A DNA stretch of 63,979 nucleotides, filler included, from Basidiobolus ranarum (Eukaryota): the NCBI GenBank assembly GCA_040143965.1. It is 4 parts of 4 records of this genome, joined end to end, with 100 filler letters (N's around TTAATTAATTAA, not from the genome) between each part and the next. Parts side by side here need not be neighbours in the genome. Positions count along the whole stretch, not along the records: positions 1 to 16,581 come from JASJQH010007213.1; positions 16,682 to 33,234 come from JASJQH010007214.1; 2 more parts are not named here. One strand, 5' to 3'. The position numbers and the translations under genes were made by a program. Of this stretch, positions 13,548 through 25,688 are shown one piece after another; positions within the stretch are counted from its first letter, which is position 1, and each line of letters opens with the position of its first letter. The notes under the pieces were generated by a model that was not told where the DNA came from, searched no databases, and worked only from the letters and a program-made list of their open reading frames with translations.

Positions 13548-14619
13548 ACTGAATCTAATACTCTAGAGTCTATTCCTGTGATAATATTGCGTGCAAGTTA
13601 ATGAAGAACTCCAGCGAAGAGCATTTATATGATAGAACATGTAAGATATGTCCCGAAATAGAGTCAAGGTATATGCCCTTGGTTGTGGATTTCAGCATGG
13701 AAGCTATGGAAAAAATACACTTTGTATGCGTTCTACTGCGAGGTCTACAACTTCTACCTCAGCATAATCCGCTGCTATTGGGGAAATCTCTCCATTACTC
13801 CATATCAGTTGCAACCGCAAAATTCAACGGGCAATCTAGATATAGAGTTCTATGAACATTCATTCAAGTCAATGAGTATATCCCAAAAGTGTCCATCATT
13901 ACTTTGGTTTACATTCTTACAGAGATCATCACTAACACGAGCCTTAAGCAACTGAATTACTACATATGCAGAAGCTGTACGCACCGCCTGTTTTAGGAAA
14001 CTGTATCATTATTATGATTTTTCATGCAGCATGATTATTTTGACCTCTATTATCACAAAACCTGCCGAATGCATATATCTTTCCTTGCTGGAAATAGCAC
14101 CAAAATACCCGTCAGTCTTTGCGATAGAGAGTCATGTATGGAGAAATGTATCTCACTTGTGATACCTGCTTCACACGCTTCGTTGAGTATGGGATAATAT
14201 ATTTGATAATTTTTCTAGACATGTTGTCCAACTTACTACAGTAACTTGGAGATGTAATGTCACATCGACTATGTATCTGATGCTAGTTCATGAAACGACG
14301 TAAAGTTATGCGAGAGTATTGATAGTTTTATTGAAAAGTAGCGAATTCAAAACCCAAAAGGTCACTCAATGACTAAAACTAGGTTTATTTGCGAATTTGT
14401 AATTTGACGCTAGGGAGAGCATCGGATTATAACGTGACTGAAATCAAACAATTGTTCGAAACTTATTGGGCCATGAAGAGATTCTAAAAGCTCTTATGCC
14501 TCCATAGGAGTGTAATCGCCGGCGATAAAGGATAAGCTAGGTGTATAACATCAAAATAATGCTGCAAAGAGATCTCCGACATCAAGTCGTAAGAGATTTC
14601 AATATTTGCACGAGGTTTA

Positions 14620-15489
14620 TCAAGCTGAGGGGTATGGGCTTTTTTTATCCAGATCCGCAGGATAAAGTAGTATAGCTCTGAGAGAAGATTTCTTATATAT
14701 AGTTTCGATACTATTGGGACCTGAGGGGGTATTCAATAGGGAAAAATCAGGTATTCCTCCATCATTAGGGCCCAATAATCGAATTGGGCTAAGTTTGGTA
14801 GGACTATCAATACTGGTGTCGGAATCATCGGTGGATGAATTTTGTTTGGCACTAGGCCTGCCGCGCTTCTTTCGCGCAGCGTCGATGCAAGAAGCGGACT
14901 TTCCATTTCGGATACAGCGGAGACAAGGCCGACTGGTGTCGCACGCGACATGGGAAAATTTACAGTTAATACAGGCTTTCTGGACATAGACCTTTTTAAT
15001 GTTTCCAGGACTAGAGGTAGGTTTTGAGGAATAAGGAGTTTCAGCTGGGGCAATGGGTCGAAGTGGAGGACTCAAACTAAGCGATGAATATTTCTTGGAT
15101 CTACGAGCTACTCTAGTTGTAGGTCTTCTTGTATTATCTTTCAAATTTGGGATAGGGTTGAGTGAGGATGGCATTAGATCAGGTGACCTTGAAATCTGTG
15201 AGTTGTAATCGTAAGTTAATGGAAACGTCAAGTGTCACATTCAACACAATGGTCTTACCGCATACGTTGTGAAGGGCGATGATTCTTTCGTATATGTGGG
15301 GAGCTCTAGCGTTGATGACTGCATTGGGGTATGCTGTCCTTCTTTCTTAAGAGCATTCAGGGAAAGAAGCATAGAGATAGGAGTGGGTTCAGCCAGCTGA
15401 GGAGCCCTATGGACGATGAAGGAACGAGTTCCACTCGCTTCACTTACCTTCATGGAGAATGGAGTATCACCAGAATGTGTGGGGTCCAT
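14620..15489 (-). CDS. Zn(II)2Cys6 binuclear cluster transcription factor, one intron (~15196-15259)
   Basis: Cluster ACINCKFSHVACDTSRPCLRCIRNGKSASC followed by RKKRGRP. ORFs 15241-15489 and 14620-15231 join in frame through a GTAAGA...CAG intron. Confidence 0.85.
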
Positions 15490-15820
15490 GTTCTAATCTA
15501 AACAGGGTAGTTAGAAAATGAAATGTGAGGAACGAAAATGAATAGAGGATCAACCAAAAGATGGGTTGAGAGTGGACGTAGATTCAATGTTTATATACCA
15601 TTTCAATCCGCCAATTCACATTTGAGGAACTACTGATTCAACAAATTAAGGATCGTTAGGATGAGGCCACACAAGTGCTATTTTTACATTCAGTGATTGA
15701 TTGGGCTTGACCAGATTCGAAATAAAGCACACTAACAGCGTTCAGTATAAGGTCATACCGGAGTCTGTGAGGGACACGAGACAGGGCTCAAAGGCCAGTT
15801 AGACTATTACAATATCCACA

Positions 15821-15950
15821 TGCTCCTTTTGTAAGTCGTAGACATGAACCAATGGTATGAGCAGTACTCTTGATAAAAATAGTGAATATCTTGGGAAGAC
15901 CTACTGTTGGATACTGGAGTTGCCTCAAATTTTAATTGATAGAGGGCTGG
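15821..15950 (+). mobile_element. Degenerate LTR-retrotransposon (Ty3/Gypsy-like) gag-protease remnant
   Basis: 15901 translates LLLDTGVASNF, then after a frameshift IDRG, resembling the retropepsin LDTGAxxNFID motif. A broken CSFCKS..HEPMV* zinc-knuckle-like sequence precedes it at 15821. Confidence 0.5.
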
Positions 15951-16581
15951 GAGTCTGTCACACTGAATTGGGAGGTTTCCAGAAGGGTAATCCAGTTGTT
16001 ACATCAGCATAGATGCAGCAGATGACAAACAATCACTGCCATATGTGTATTTCTCTTCAGTATTTCACTTTCGAAGGCCATGATTTGTGACCGCTGTGGG
16101 GCTTGCAGCCAATGGTCTCCAGGCCGTGACTACTCAATCGTATCTATAGATCAGCCATTGACATGGTAACAGCCAATACCGACTCGAAAGCTTCGATAAC
16201 AACTACTGACTTCGATCTGGATCCAGAGCGAGAAGGATCGAATCCATTGGGTATTGTTACCACAGAGTCCCATTTTTAGATTACTCCGTATGACCCAAGT
16301 GAGCTGTTAGGCCAAGTCGATAAAATGAACATGACGAAAGGAATAGATGAGAGTTGGCCATCCAATATGAAACATTGAAAATTCAATCCACTTTTCTCCA
16401 TTTTTAGACACTACAAGCCGAAGTGAAACAGTTTCTTCAACCCCACACTCTTCGTCTCTACTCCCCTCCAATCACCTTCCAGCTCCGAGTTTGTCATCTA
16501 TGCGCTCCATTAAACGGCAGGACAATGAAACACCGGATAGCTAAATATATAGTGTGCTGCTAGAGTCGCTCACTCGCGATT

Positions 16582-16681
16582 NNNNNNNNNNNNNNNNNNN
16601 NNNNNNNNNNNNNNNNNNNNNNNNNTTAATTAATTAANNNNNNNNNNNNNNNNNNNNNNNNNNNNNNNNNNNNNNNNNNNN
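16582..16681. other. Artificial assembly spacer (N44-TTAATTAATTAA-N44)
   Basis: 100-bp N run containing a six-frame stop linker; same structure as the other two spacers. Confidence 0.97.
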
Positions 16682-17518
16682 GTAGCTTGATTATAAATAA
16701 ACCTTATATTTTAAGCAAAATACATTTTTACTCAGCAGTACTTGATTGCTGTCTTAATAGAGCATATAGTCTAAAATGGAAAGAAATGACAGTGTACAAG
16801 TAGTGCGATGATCACAACCCAATCTACTCAAGTTATTCTAAAGATTTCTTCTGTGACACAGGATCCATTCTACCTTCAGCATTGCTTCTAAATAGATTAG
16901 TACAGTCAAATAAGGTTGAGCGGCTTAGTCAATTTTCTTGCCAAGAAGGTAATTGCTACGCTTATGTTTTATTCTTGCCTGACTGAGTTCTCGATAAGCC
17001 TATGACTCTCTTGCTACGTCATATAGGTTTAGGTAGTATGTTGCATATAGAATAGTCACTCATGTGACTAGCTTTTAAACTCAAAGTGGTTTGTTCTTAT
17101 TTACTGCGGTTCTTAGTCTTGTTTATGTATTTAACATGTGCAGAAGCCGGCGATAGGTATAATTCTGATCAAGACTAGCGAACTACTATCAATCTCTTGA
17201 TATTTCACAATATCTACAGTCACTCCTCTTTAAGCTTTACACAGAGGCAAATTGCGTTATCCCGAACAGCAAAATATGCTCAAGGCCTGTAATACGCCCT
17301 ATCACTCAATTGGCCAACCATTACTTACTTGCTCGAACTTCACACCATTCTCTGGTGCCCAATACTCTATCGTATTACTCTTTGCTCAGTTTTTACCAGC
17401 TACCGGCGAGGGTTAAAAGTCCTAGAGATATATTACGAAACTGCTTAGAAACCAAAGTAACTATTGTCAAGGCTATTTACTTTACTATAAAATATTTCCA
17501 TTCACTGTATCTGCTACC

Positions 17519-18091
17519 ATGCCTGCTGAAATTAGAGCTCGTTCAAAGCACACAAAAACCGCTACTCCTCAAACTCTGGTTTCATTTGTCGAATATAAAA
17601 ACATCCGCTTTCTGATATTAGACTGTCCTACCAACTCCAATTTACCAGCATATTTTCGTGAATTTTGTTATCATCATGTTACTGATGTTGTGCGCGTATG
17701 TGAACCTACTTACTCCGCCGAGCCATTAGTAGCTGCTGGTATGAATGTTCATGATTGGCCTTACCCTGACGGCAGTGTACCACCACCCGATATAATTCAA
17801 CAATGGCTAAAATTAGTGAAGAATAGTTCAACAAGAAACCAACAAGGCGAAACCTCTACGATTGCCATACATTGTGTGGCTGGCTTAGGCCGTGCCCCCG
17901 TGCTTGTAGCAATAGCTTTAATTGATAAAGGGATGGACTCACTAAATGCAATTGAATTCGTTCGGTCTAAACGTAAGGGTGCGTTTAATAATCGTCAAAT
18001 CAAATATCTTGATTCATACAGGCGTCAAAAAGTTCCAGTGTCATTTAAAAAGTCACTTAGAAAGATATTCAAGTTTAGTCAATCAGTTTAG
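17519..18091 (+). CDS. PRL/PTP4A-type protein tyrosine phosphatase, intronless
   Basis: Motifs RFLILDCPT, VVRVCEPTY, DWPYPDG and the PRL-signature P-loop HCVAGLGRAPVLVA. Confidence 0.92.
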   Translation: MPAEIRARSKHTKTATPQTLVSFVEYKNIRFLILDCPTNSNLPAYFREFCYHHVTDVVRVCEPTYSAEPLVAAGMNVHDWPYPDGSVPPPDIIQQWLKLVKNSSTRNQQGETSTIAIHCVAGLGRAPVLVAIALIDKGMDSLNAIEFVRSKRKGAFNNRQIKYLDSYRRQKVPVSFKKSLRKIFKFSQSV

Positions 18092-18406
18092 GTGGCATGC
18101 CGATATCCTTCTCTTATTTATCGTACTTAAGAATCATATAACCATCCCAGATCATATGAACCGTATCTCTAAAGAAATAAATTTTAGTGGAACCATTGTT
18201 GCAAAACCATGCTAGTTTATTTTTGATACATGCTTGAATGATCGTGATATAGGTGTTGTGGTATGAAGATAGTGTTGGAGCATTAATTTGAAAACTCAAA
18301 ATAAATTTTTATGGTGTACAAAGGAAGTGATTATATAATATATGGGAAAGTACAAATTTGAAAGAAACAAAATAAAGTAGAATATAGTAATTTAAAGTTT
18401 ACACTT

Positions 18407-21400
18407 CTATACATTAATACTACGTGCAACCGAATCGAATAGGCTCTCAATGTCCGGAGCACAACGGGTAAACGAATGACTCCAGAAATTGTAACGTGGA
18501 TTCTTGATTAGTTCGATAAAAGTGATCAATAAGCCCCAAGGGTGTGGGCGATTAACGATTAGACGTTCCAAGAGCACCCTGGTGACCTGTTCTTTGATGG
18601 AGTCTTGACTGCCTTCAGCGAATAAGTAAAGTAATACACAGCTAAAATAGTGGGTATGATTATTAGGATAGCGAAGTTGGTTAGCGATTGCACTCAAGAA
18701 TAAGTAACGTCCTTCAGAGTCAAGATCGATCAGTAGTTGTTGGAAGATATCCATTGGAGCACTATGGGTAATTGGCGAAGTGCCCTGATGCGTCTTATTT
18801 TGAAGTTGGGCAATTGCTTGGGTGCCAACATATAGAACCAAAGAATTGATCACTGGCACATTATACTTAACACCAGTTAATTCACTATCTTCAGGCTGTT
18901 CTGACATGAGCCTGCTACGAAGATCCAGAAGGAAAGAAACGGGACCGCGAGTCTTCAAGTAGGTATCAATATCTTGCTTGAAATCTCCATGCAAAAGGCT
19001 TGAGGAATAGTCGGATAAAACATGTGGAGATTGGCTAATTTCAGGCAAGAGATCAACTTTCAGATTTGGTGTGAATGGGTCAGGAAGGCGCATGTTTCGA
19101 GGGAATGCGCTCAAGATGACATTACGAGTTTGAATGCAAGTAGGTGGAATCACGTCACAGAAACTGAAGTGATAATCACACAAAAACTCTGGGAAGTCGT
19201 GAAGCAACACCAGTAAAACGCGCATAGTTCCCTTATAGAGTATACGGGTACTTTCACGATCGAAGTCATCGAGCAATGGTCCAATGAACCTGAACAAGCA
19301 AATCATAAGACGTTGAATGGCTGGCCAACCCTTTTGGTTTTCGGCAAGCAATAGCTTGGGCATAAACAAACGATGAGAAATAAGAGAGATCCAGGCAAAG
19401 GCAAATCCAGGTAAGAACGAAGGCTGCAAACTATGGAACGTGTTGGCAAGAGCAGTCAAAATGTTATAATAAATTGGTTGCAGTTGTTGTTCGTAAGAGT
19501 TGAAATCACTCAACAGGTTCGTGAATAGTCTGAGATATGGCTTTTGGTTGAATTGACCCTTATGCTGTTGATGATCATGCACCAAAACTAAAAGAATAAT
19601 AGACAAGATCTTCGATAGGAACGTTATCTTCGCGAGATTGGGATTGACAGGAGTTGGTTCGTTGTAGTATTTCACGAGAACTACAATCAGTTTCGAAAAT
19701 GCATCAACACCCTGATAAGCAGCAGCCGGTATGGGTCCATTGCCGTTAACAGAGCTACTGTACTTCAAAAATCCCTCAACGCTGATTTCCGTACATACAC
19801 GGAAGAAAAGAGAAGAAACATCCTCGTCTTTTAAGACACCACGTTGTTGAAGCTGATGAGCGAAAGCGGCAAATGCTTTTTCATTCGAAGAGACATGCTG
19901 GTAGAGTTTAACCCATTCAATAAACATGAAAGTCAACTGTTCACGAAGTTGAGCAATCTCAGTATCTTGCGGGGAAGAAGCTCCTTGTTTGTGTATCTCT
20001 TCGAGGAGATCTATGACCGAGTTAGGTCCTTTACCCCTCTGCGTAAGGTGTGTAAGGGCGTCCAACGAGGCACTGAAGTCAACATGAGTGGCACAGGAAT
20101 CATCTAAAATGCATTTAGCAATCAACTTGACGGCAAAATCAATAACTGATGGTCGGCCAACGTCAATTAGCTTTGCAAGCTGAGCATCTTGTTCAGGAAG
20201 ATTTATCAATCCAACTTTGATCAAGGCAACAGTAACAGGAACGTTATATTTTCTTTCATCATCTGCGTAGATTAACCAAGCAGTAACTTCCTTGGCGACT
20301 GAAGGTGACAAATCACATAATCTTTCTAGTAAATGGACATAGACTTCGCGAGCAAGATTAGTATCACCCTTATAAAGTGATTGTACCACTTTTTGAGAAA
20401 AGGTCAAAGCTGTTTCATCTCGGCTATTTGAGTGAGAAGCGAGGGCCTGAATTTGATGGACTATGACTCGAATATCATGCTGCTGGGGAATTGCAGCCAA
20501 TCCATTAACAGTACATTGGCTAAGCTGTTTGTCGAGCTCATTGATCAACAGTGAAAATTTCTCCAAAGCCTGATGTGTATTGATTGTTGGAGGCGCATTA
20601 TCATATCCTACATCATAACCGTATACATCTCCTTTGGCGGGTACAGCTGTACGGAGACTTCTTTCGTCATATACATTGGCCAATTGACTTTGGAAGCGGG
20701 GAATTCTAGCAAAATCTTCATAAACAACCAGTTGTTGAGGTAAAAGTCCATTAGGCTTCAACCGTAAAGCATCCGGGAGATTGGGTGGATAACGGAATGT
20801 GGAAACCACAGCAGCATCATAGAAAGGCTGGCCCGTACGAAATTCTCTATGCTTCTTTCTATTAGCATACGAATTGGCAAGTCCTTCGTCAATTTGAAGA
20901 ATAGCAACCTCCATGGCAACCTTTTCAACAACAGAGCTGGCAAGATCCAGATTGTCAGAAACAGTTATAGACAATGCTTGGTCTGGAAAAGCTTGTTCAG
21001 AGACGCCATTCTGTAATAGCATACTACGTAGATGAGTGGCAATTCCGCTACGTAAATTGTCTTTGCTGGCAGCGACAGCTAAACTAGCAGCAAGATTCTG
21101 AACCATCAAATGGGCTGCTTTTCTCATCTTTTCCTCATTAGGCTCCATCGCAAAATCTTTGGTAATAAGCTCTTGGGTAGTAAATCTAGCGATCTTAACG
21201 GATCGCTCTACGGTAGAGCCAACGGTTTCGCGTAATGCTTGATCCATGGCTATATGAATTACTCTCTTTAATACGGCTTGATTCAGAGGCATATTGGGGT
21301 TAACAGAGATATATGGAGCAATGGTGGGAATTATGGCACCAAGAGTATCATCTGCAATAGCTAGAATTCTTTGCGAGTTATTTTGTTGAGCTTGACCCAA

Positions 21401-24400
21401 CATTTGATGATGAGTAGTTGGAGCTCGTGAGGATGTGTCGTAATCAATCGATAATTTGTCCATCTCTTTTACCACATTCGACTGGGAAACAAAATCTTTA
21501 GGTGGGCGATCCTTAAGGATTGTGGTTGGCTCAATGTCCTTAATATCAAGATTCAAACTCTTGCATAACACTTCAATTTCAAACTTGAGATTCAACTTAA
21601 GATCGGCAAACTGATACAATTCTGCAAGTAACTTCATAATAGCAATAAGCCAGGGATTAGGTGGCTTGAATACACGACTCTTGCTACACTGCTCCAAGAC
21701 TTTACAGACAAACGGAATAGCAACAATCAGTCGGTTGGAATCGTAACCCTCAACCAGCAACTCTTTAAAGGCAATGTTTTTATGCTTGATTGGCTTGTTT
21801 TGTGCCAAGGTCATTCCACCAAGCCAAGAACCTAGATTTTTTAAGAGGGATCTTTCGGAAGATGATTGAACAGTTTTTTCGGAATTTAAAAGCACTTTGA
21901 TGTTGGCGTAAGTTTCGTGGAGTAAATAGCGATAAAGTGTGTCACTTTTCAAAGAGTCGAGGAACTGTAGATACAATTGGTGATTGTTGGGTTCAATGCT
22001 GGCGCGTTTAACAACCAGATAATGTCCAAACCAACGGAAAGAGGACTCTTTCAGAACTTCTTTCATTTCTTGGACTTTAGTTTCCATATTGCTGTGTGCC
22101 ACATTGTTGATGATAAAAAGAATCTTATCTTGTACTGACTCAGGAGGGACCTCATTATCATTGCTGTCGCCAGTGACAAATGACGTATCCAGATTTAATG
22201 AAGTAAAAGCAGGTAGACTTTCACTCTTCGGTGGCTCTGGGGCGCTATTGATTTGCGGTTTATCAGAGGGTTGCTGCTCAACAACTACATTATTGGCAAC
22301 ACCTTGAGGTAACGGGGGATTTGGTACTTGTCCTAAGTTCGCTTTGATGTATTGCACAATATCAGGATGGGCTTGTTGCAATTTAGGAATCTGTAACAAG
22401 TGAGAGCAGTATTGTGGCCATTCGATTAGCCGAGCCTTGAACTGTACTAATGCTTGCACACCGAAGTTAAACATTTTGGCACTGCTTTCATCACATAGTG
22501 CATCCAAAACGCACTTCAAAGCTACACCGAGAGGAATGTAGGAAACAAGTTGATGTTGGATTAAGTTGCCGATCAGATTACTAGTAATAGACAGTTCTTT
22601 CGGAGGATATTTAGGAAAGAATTTGAACTCGTCAAACAAGTTATGCATCATACAGTCAAAGACATCTCTTTCTCTAGCAATTCTAGAATTTTTCAGACGA
22701 TGCAGAAGCTCGATCATACTTTCAACGGACAACTCCTCTTTGTATATTTTTTCGTAATACATATTTGCCTCTTCTTCAACATCTTGAGAAAAGCTTACTT
22801 CCCCAGCAGTAGTGGTTGAATTAGCGGTGTTTCCCATGCTTGTGAGCTCAGGATGTTTCTTGAAACAGAGTGCTTGGAGATCTTTGAACTTTTCAGTCAT
22901 CTCAGTTGAAGTAGCGCTAGCCCCGATTACTTTTAAAAAGATACCAATTACCTCAAGAGATAATGGAACGGTTTGGGTAGTTCCGCCACCTGCTTGTTCA
23001 TTAGATCCCATTTTCTGAGAAAGGAACTCAAAACATGCCCGAAGAAAAGGTTCCCCGTGAGTAGCAATAGAATCTTGAAGCCATTTCTCGAGATTTAAAT
23101 ATTCTCTTCTACATGCCAATGCAGCAAGATCAATTGCAAAAAAGAAAGGCTGTACTTCAAGCATGGACTTGAGAATTTTAATATCTTGAGCAACATCAAG
23201 AATCCTAGATACGAGGGTAGGGTTGCTATGATACATATCCAGTGCCGCATTGATAAGAAGAGAGTTGTTAATATTCCAAAGTCGCCAAAGAACAAAATTA
23301 GAATTCATATGCCCAGCTAAGAACCCAGCAACCAATTTTGTAACAAGCTCTTGATGTAATGGATTCCATGGCTCTGGAAGCTGGGCCAAGCCGAGAAGAA
23401 TTAATTCTGGGGTTTGTTTAGTTCCTTTCTCTAACAAATCCTTGACATCTTCGCTGATTTCCGTTTCATACATGAAAATCAGGTTCTGTATAAAATCCAA
23501 ATTGTTCCAAGGCTGCGTAAACAAATTAGTAGCGATGTTTGCAAATTGCGGATTGGTTGATGCGACATCTTCGGGGTCGACGATCTTCTTTGTTGCCAAT
23601 TCAGCAATGTCAATTACTTCGATAGGAGCTTGAATCGCTTGCTTTAAGAAACTGAATTGACCTTTTGTATTGTTCCATCGATGCCAGAAGACATCCAGAG
23701 GGAAAGGACTTATGCCTTTAACGGCGCATTTATAGGCAGTGGTAATTACGGAAAGACCTGCCACACTAGGAACGTAAAAATCATCATGGTCTAGTTGCTG
23801 GATAACAACTAACCAATCAATATTCGGTTGAAGCTCGGCTAATACGGCAATAAAACACTCCATATTCCATTGGCATTCGATTTCTTCGTCATCTTCAGTA
23901 GTTGCAAGATCTTGGGTGGTATATGCAGTCATAGCACCTAAGACTCTGGCTATATCAGCTTCATTAGCCATATTGGGAGACCCTAGGCCTACATCTTGAA
24001 AGAGAGATCGGACCTCATTGGCATCCTTACAGCATGAAGGCCCCAAGTCTGTAATTTTTTGAATGAGACCAGTAATTTTTTCCTGCGAACTAAAACAAAA
24101 TGATTGAGTACGAAGACCAAAAATAAAAAATACTCTGATGTAATGTACTTTGTATTAGACATGTTTGCTAGGTTGATATCGTATTCCAAGCACGCTTGTG
24201 ATATTTTGTCGAAAAATATACGATTTATGGAGTACTGAAAGTGCGGCTGAGCGAGAGAATGAAATACTAGCTTCAGTGAGTTTTCGGATCCTTTGGTTTC
24301 AGCGAAAGCGAGGTCGTTGAGATCTTCTAATTGTTTTTGAATAAAAGAATTTTCTAAAAAAATGATGAGTAACAATACATGAAGATAAAAAATTCAAGAA

Positions 24401-24956
24401 ACCAACTTTGCTCGCTTGATGAAACCTTGAATAGAGAATCGAGGATTAGAGTAAACGCAAGTAGCTGAATAGGGCTAAGGGTAAGTTGTTGAGAAAATGT
24501 TTCGATATCGAAGGTAACTTCAGGAGAGAGACTATGAAGAGCTTCAAATATAGTTCCAACAAGAATAGGATTTTCTAAAGTTGAAGCAAGTTGTTCACTC
24601 AAGAGCTTAAATACAGCCGAAACCTTATTGTTTGGAAGTTCCTTATAAAAGTTATTTTTGTGCAAGTGCTCAAGTGAATTCTGGAAGAAATATACGTAGA
24701 TCTCTCTTCCAAATTTTTTAAAATACTAGTTTCAAGAAAAGGAGTAAGATTCACTGTAATAAGTTTAACCAAGAAAAAAAGACTGAAGAAATACCAAAGA
24801 AAGCTCTGCAAAAACTTGATTATAGCTGTCTGTGTCAAGCAAGGATAAGAGGTACTGTATGCGTGATCTAATAGGTGTAAGTAGCTCACTTGAGGTCGAG
24901 TGGTATATATTTGTTGTTTTATCGGATTGACTAGTTTGTGAAAACTCAAATAGCAT
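18407..24956 (-). CDS. NOT1: CCR4-NOT complex scaffold subunit Not1 (CDC39/CNOT1)
   Basis: 1879-aa terminal exon with Not1 motifs (REYLNLEKWL, LLKNLGSWLG, LNLKFEIEVL, NQLRYPNNHTHYFS, RPHPWGLLITFIEL). Three upstream exons, probable ATG at 24956; 5' boundaries approximate. Confidence 0.96.
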
Positions 24957-25688
24957 GCTGTGATTGCATTAAGCAACCCTAGCTAGAATTCTGATTAGGA
25001 TATAAGCAAGTTGTCACAAAGTAGCTTTCTCGTTACGATTCGACTACTTTATGGAAGTACTAGCAGACAACCGATTGAGAAAGACACTAGGCCAAGTGGA
25101 ACTAATTAAGATATTTGCAAGATCGCGCACCAAGTGTCTACTGGTTATAAGAAGTGAAGATAGAGAAAGGCTGGTTTAGCTTTGTTTGAGTTATGAAGAG
25201 CGTTTACTATTTGTCAAGATGACTAACAGTGAAAGCAACACCATAAATTAGCAAAAGTAAGATGACGAAACAAGAGAATTCTAATATGATACAACTTCAT
25301 GCGCCGTGATTACCCGGGGTAATCCCTCCCCCTCCCCAGAAAAATTTAAATAAACTAATCATGTGTTTTCGTCAGTAACCGTAGCAAAATTTTCATAAGA
25401 CAAAGTAGCAGTGAAACCCAACTATCTTGGGACTTGAATTTCAAAATTAAATTTATTATTACAACACTCAGACCAACTGCAACTGCATATATTAAAGTAT
25501 GGAAATGCTTGTTGAATGGAAGAAATCTTTTAGATTACACAATAGGTTGCAGAATAATATCACAACGATATTAGAACATTGAGGCACTCTTCCTGGACGC
25601 AAAAGTAGTTGATTTATGTACATTTCTAAGCACTGATTTAAATAAAAGAGAAACTAGAGCGTAATTATATACTACACAAATAGGCCAT

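Noticed and set aside
15196-15259. Apparent premature stops splitting the Zn2Cys6 gene
   Set aside because: The stops lie inside a GTAAGA...CAG intron whose removal keeps the frame.
16626-16637. TTAATTAATTAA repeated three times in the window
   Set aside because: Always centred in identical 100-bp N blocks. It is a six-frame stop linker added in assembly, not biology.
19022-23633. Many short ORFs antisense to or overlapping NOT1 (and similarly in Cnd1, GCP4, UNC93 and GH46)
   Set aside because: Shadow ORFs of real genes with no recognisable motifs.
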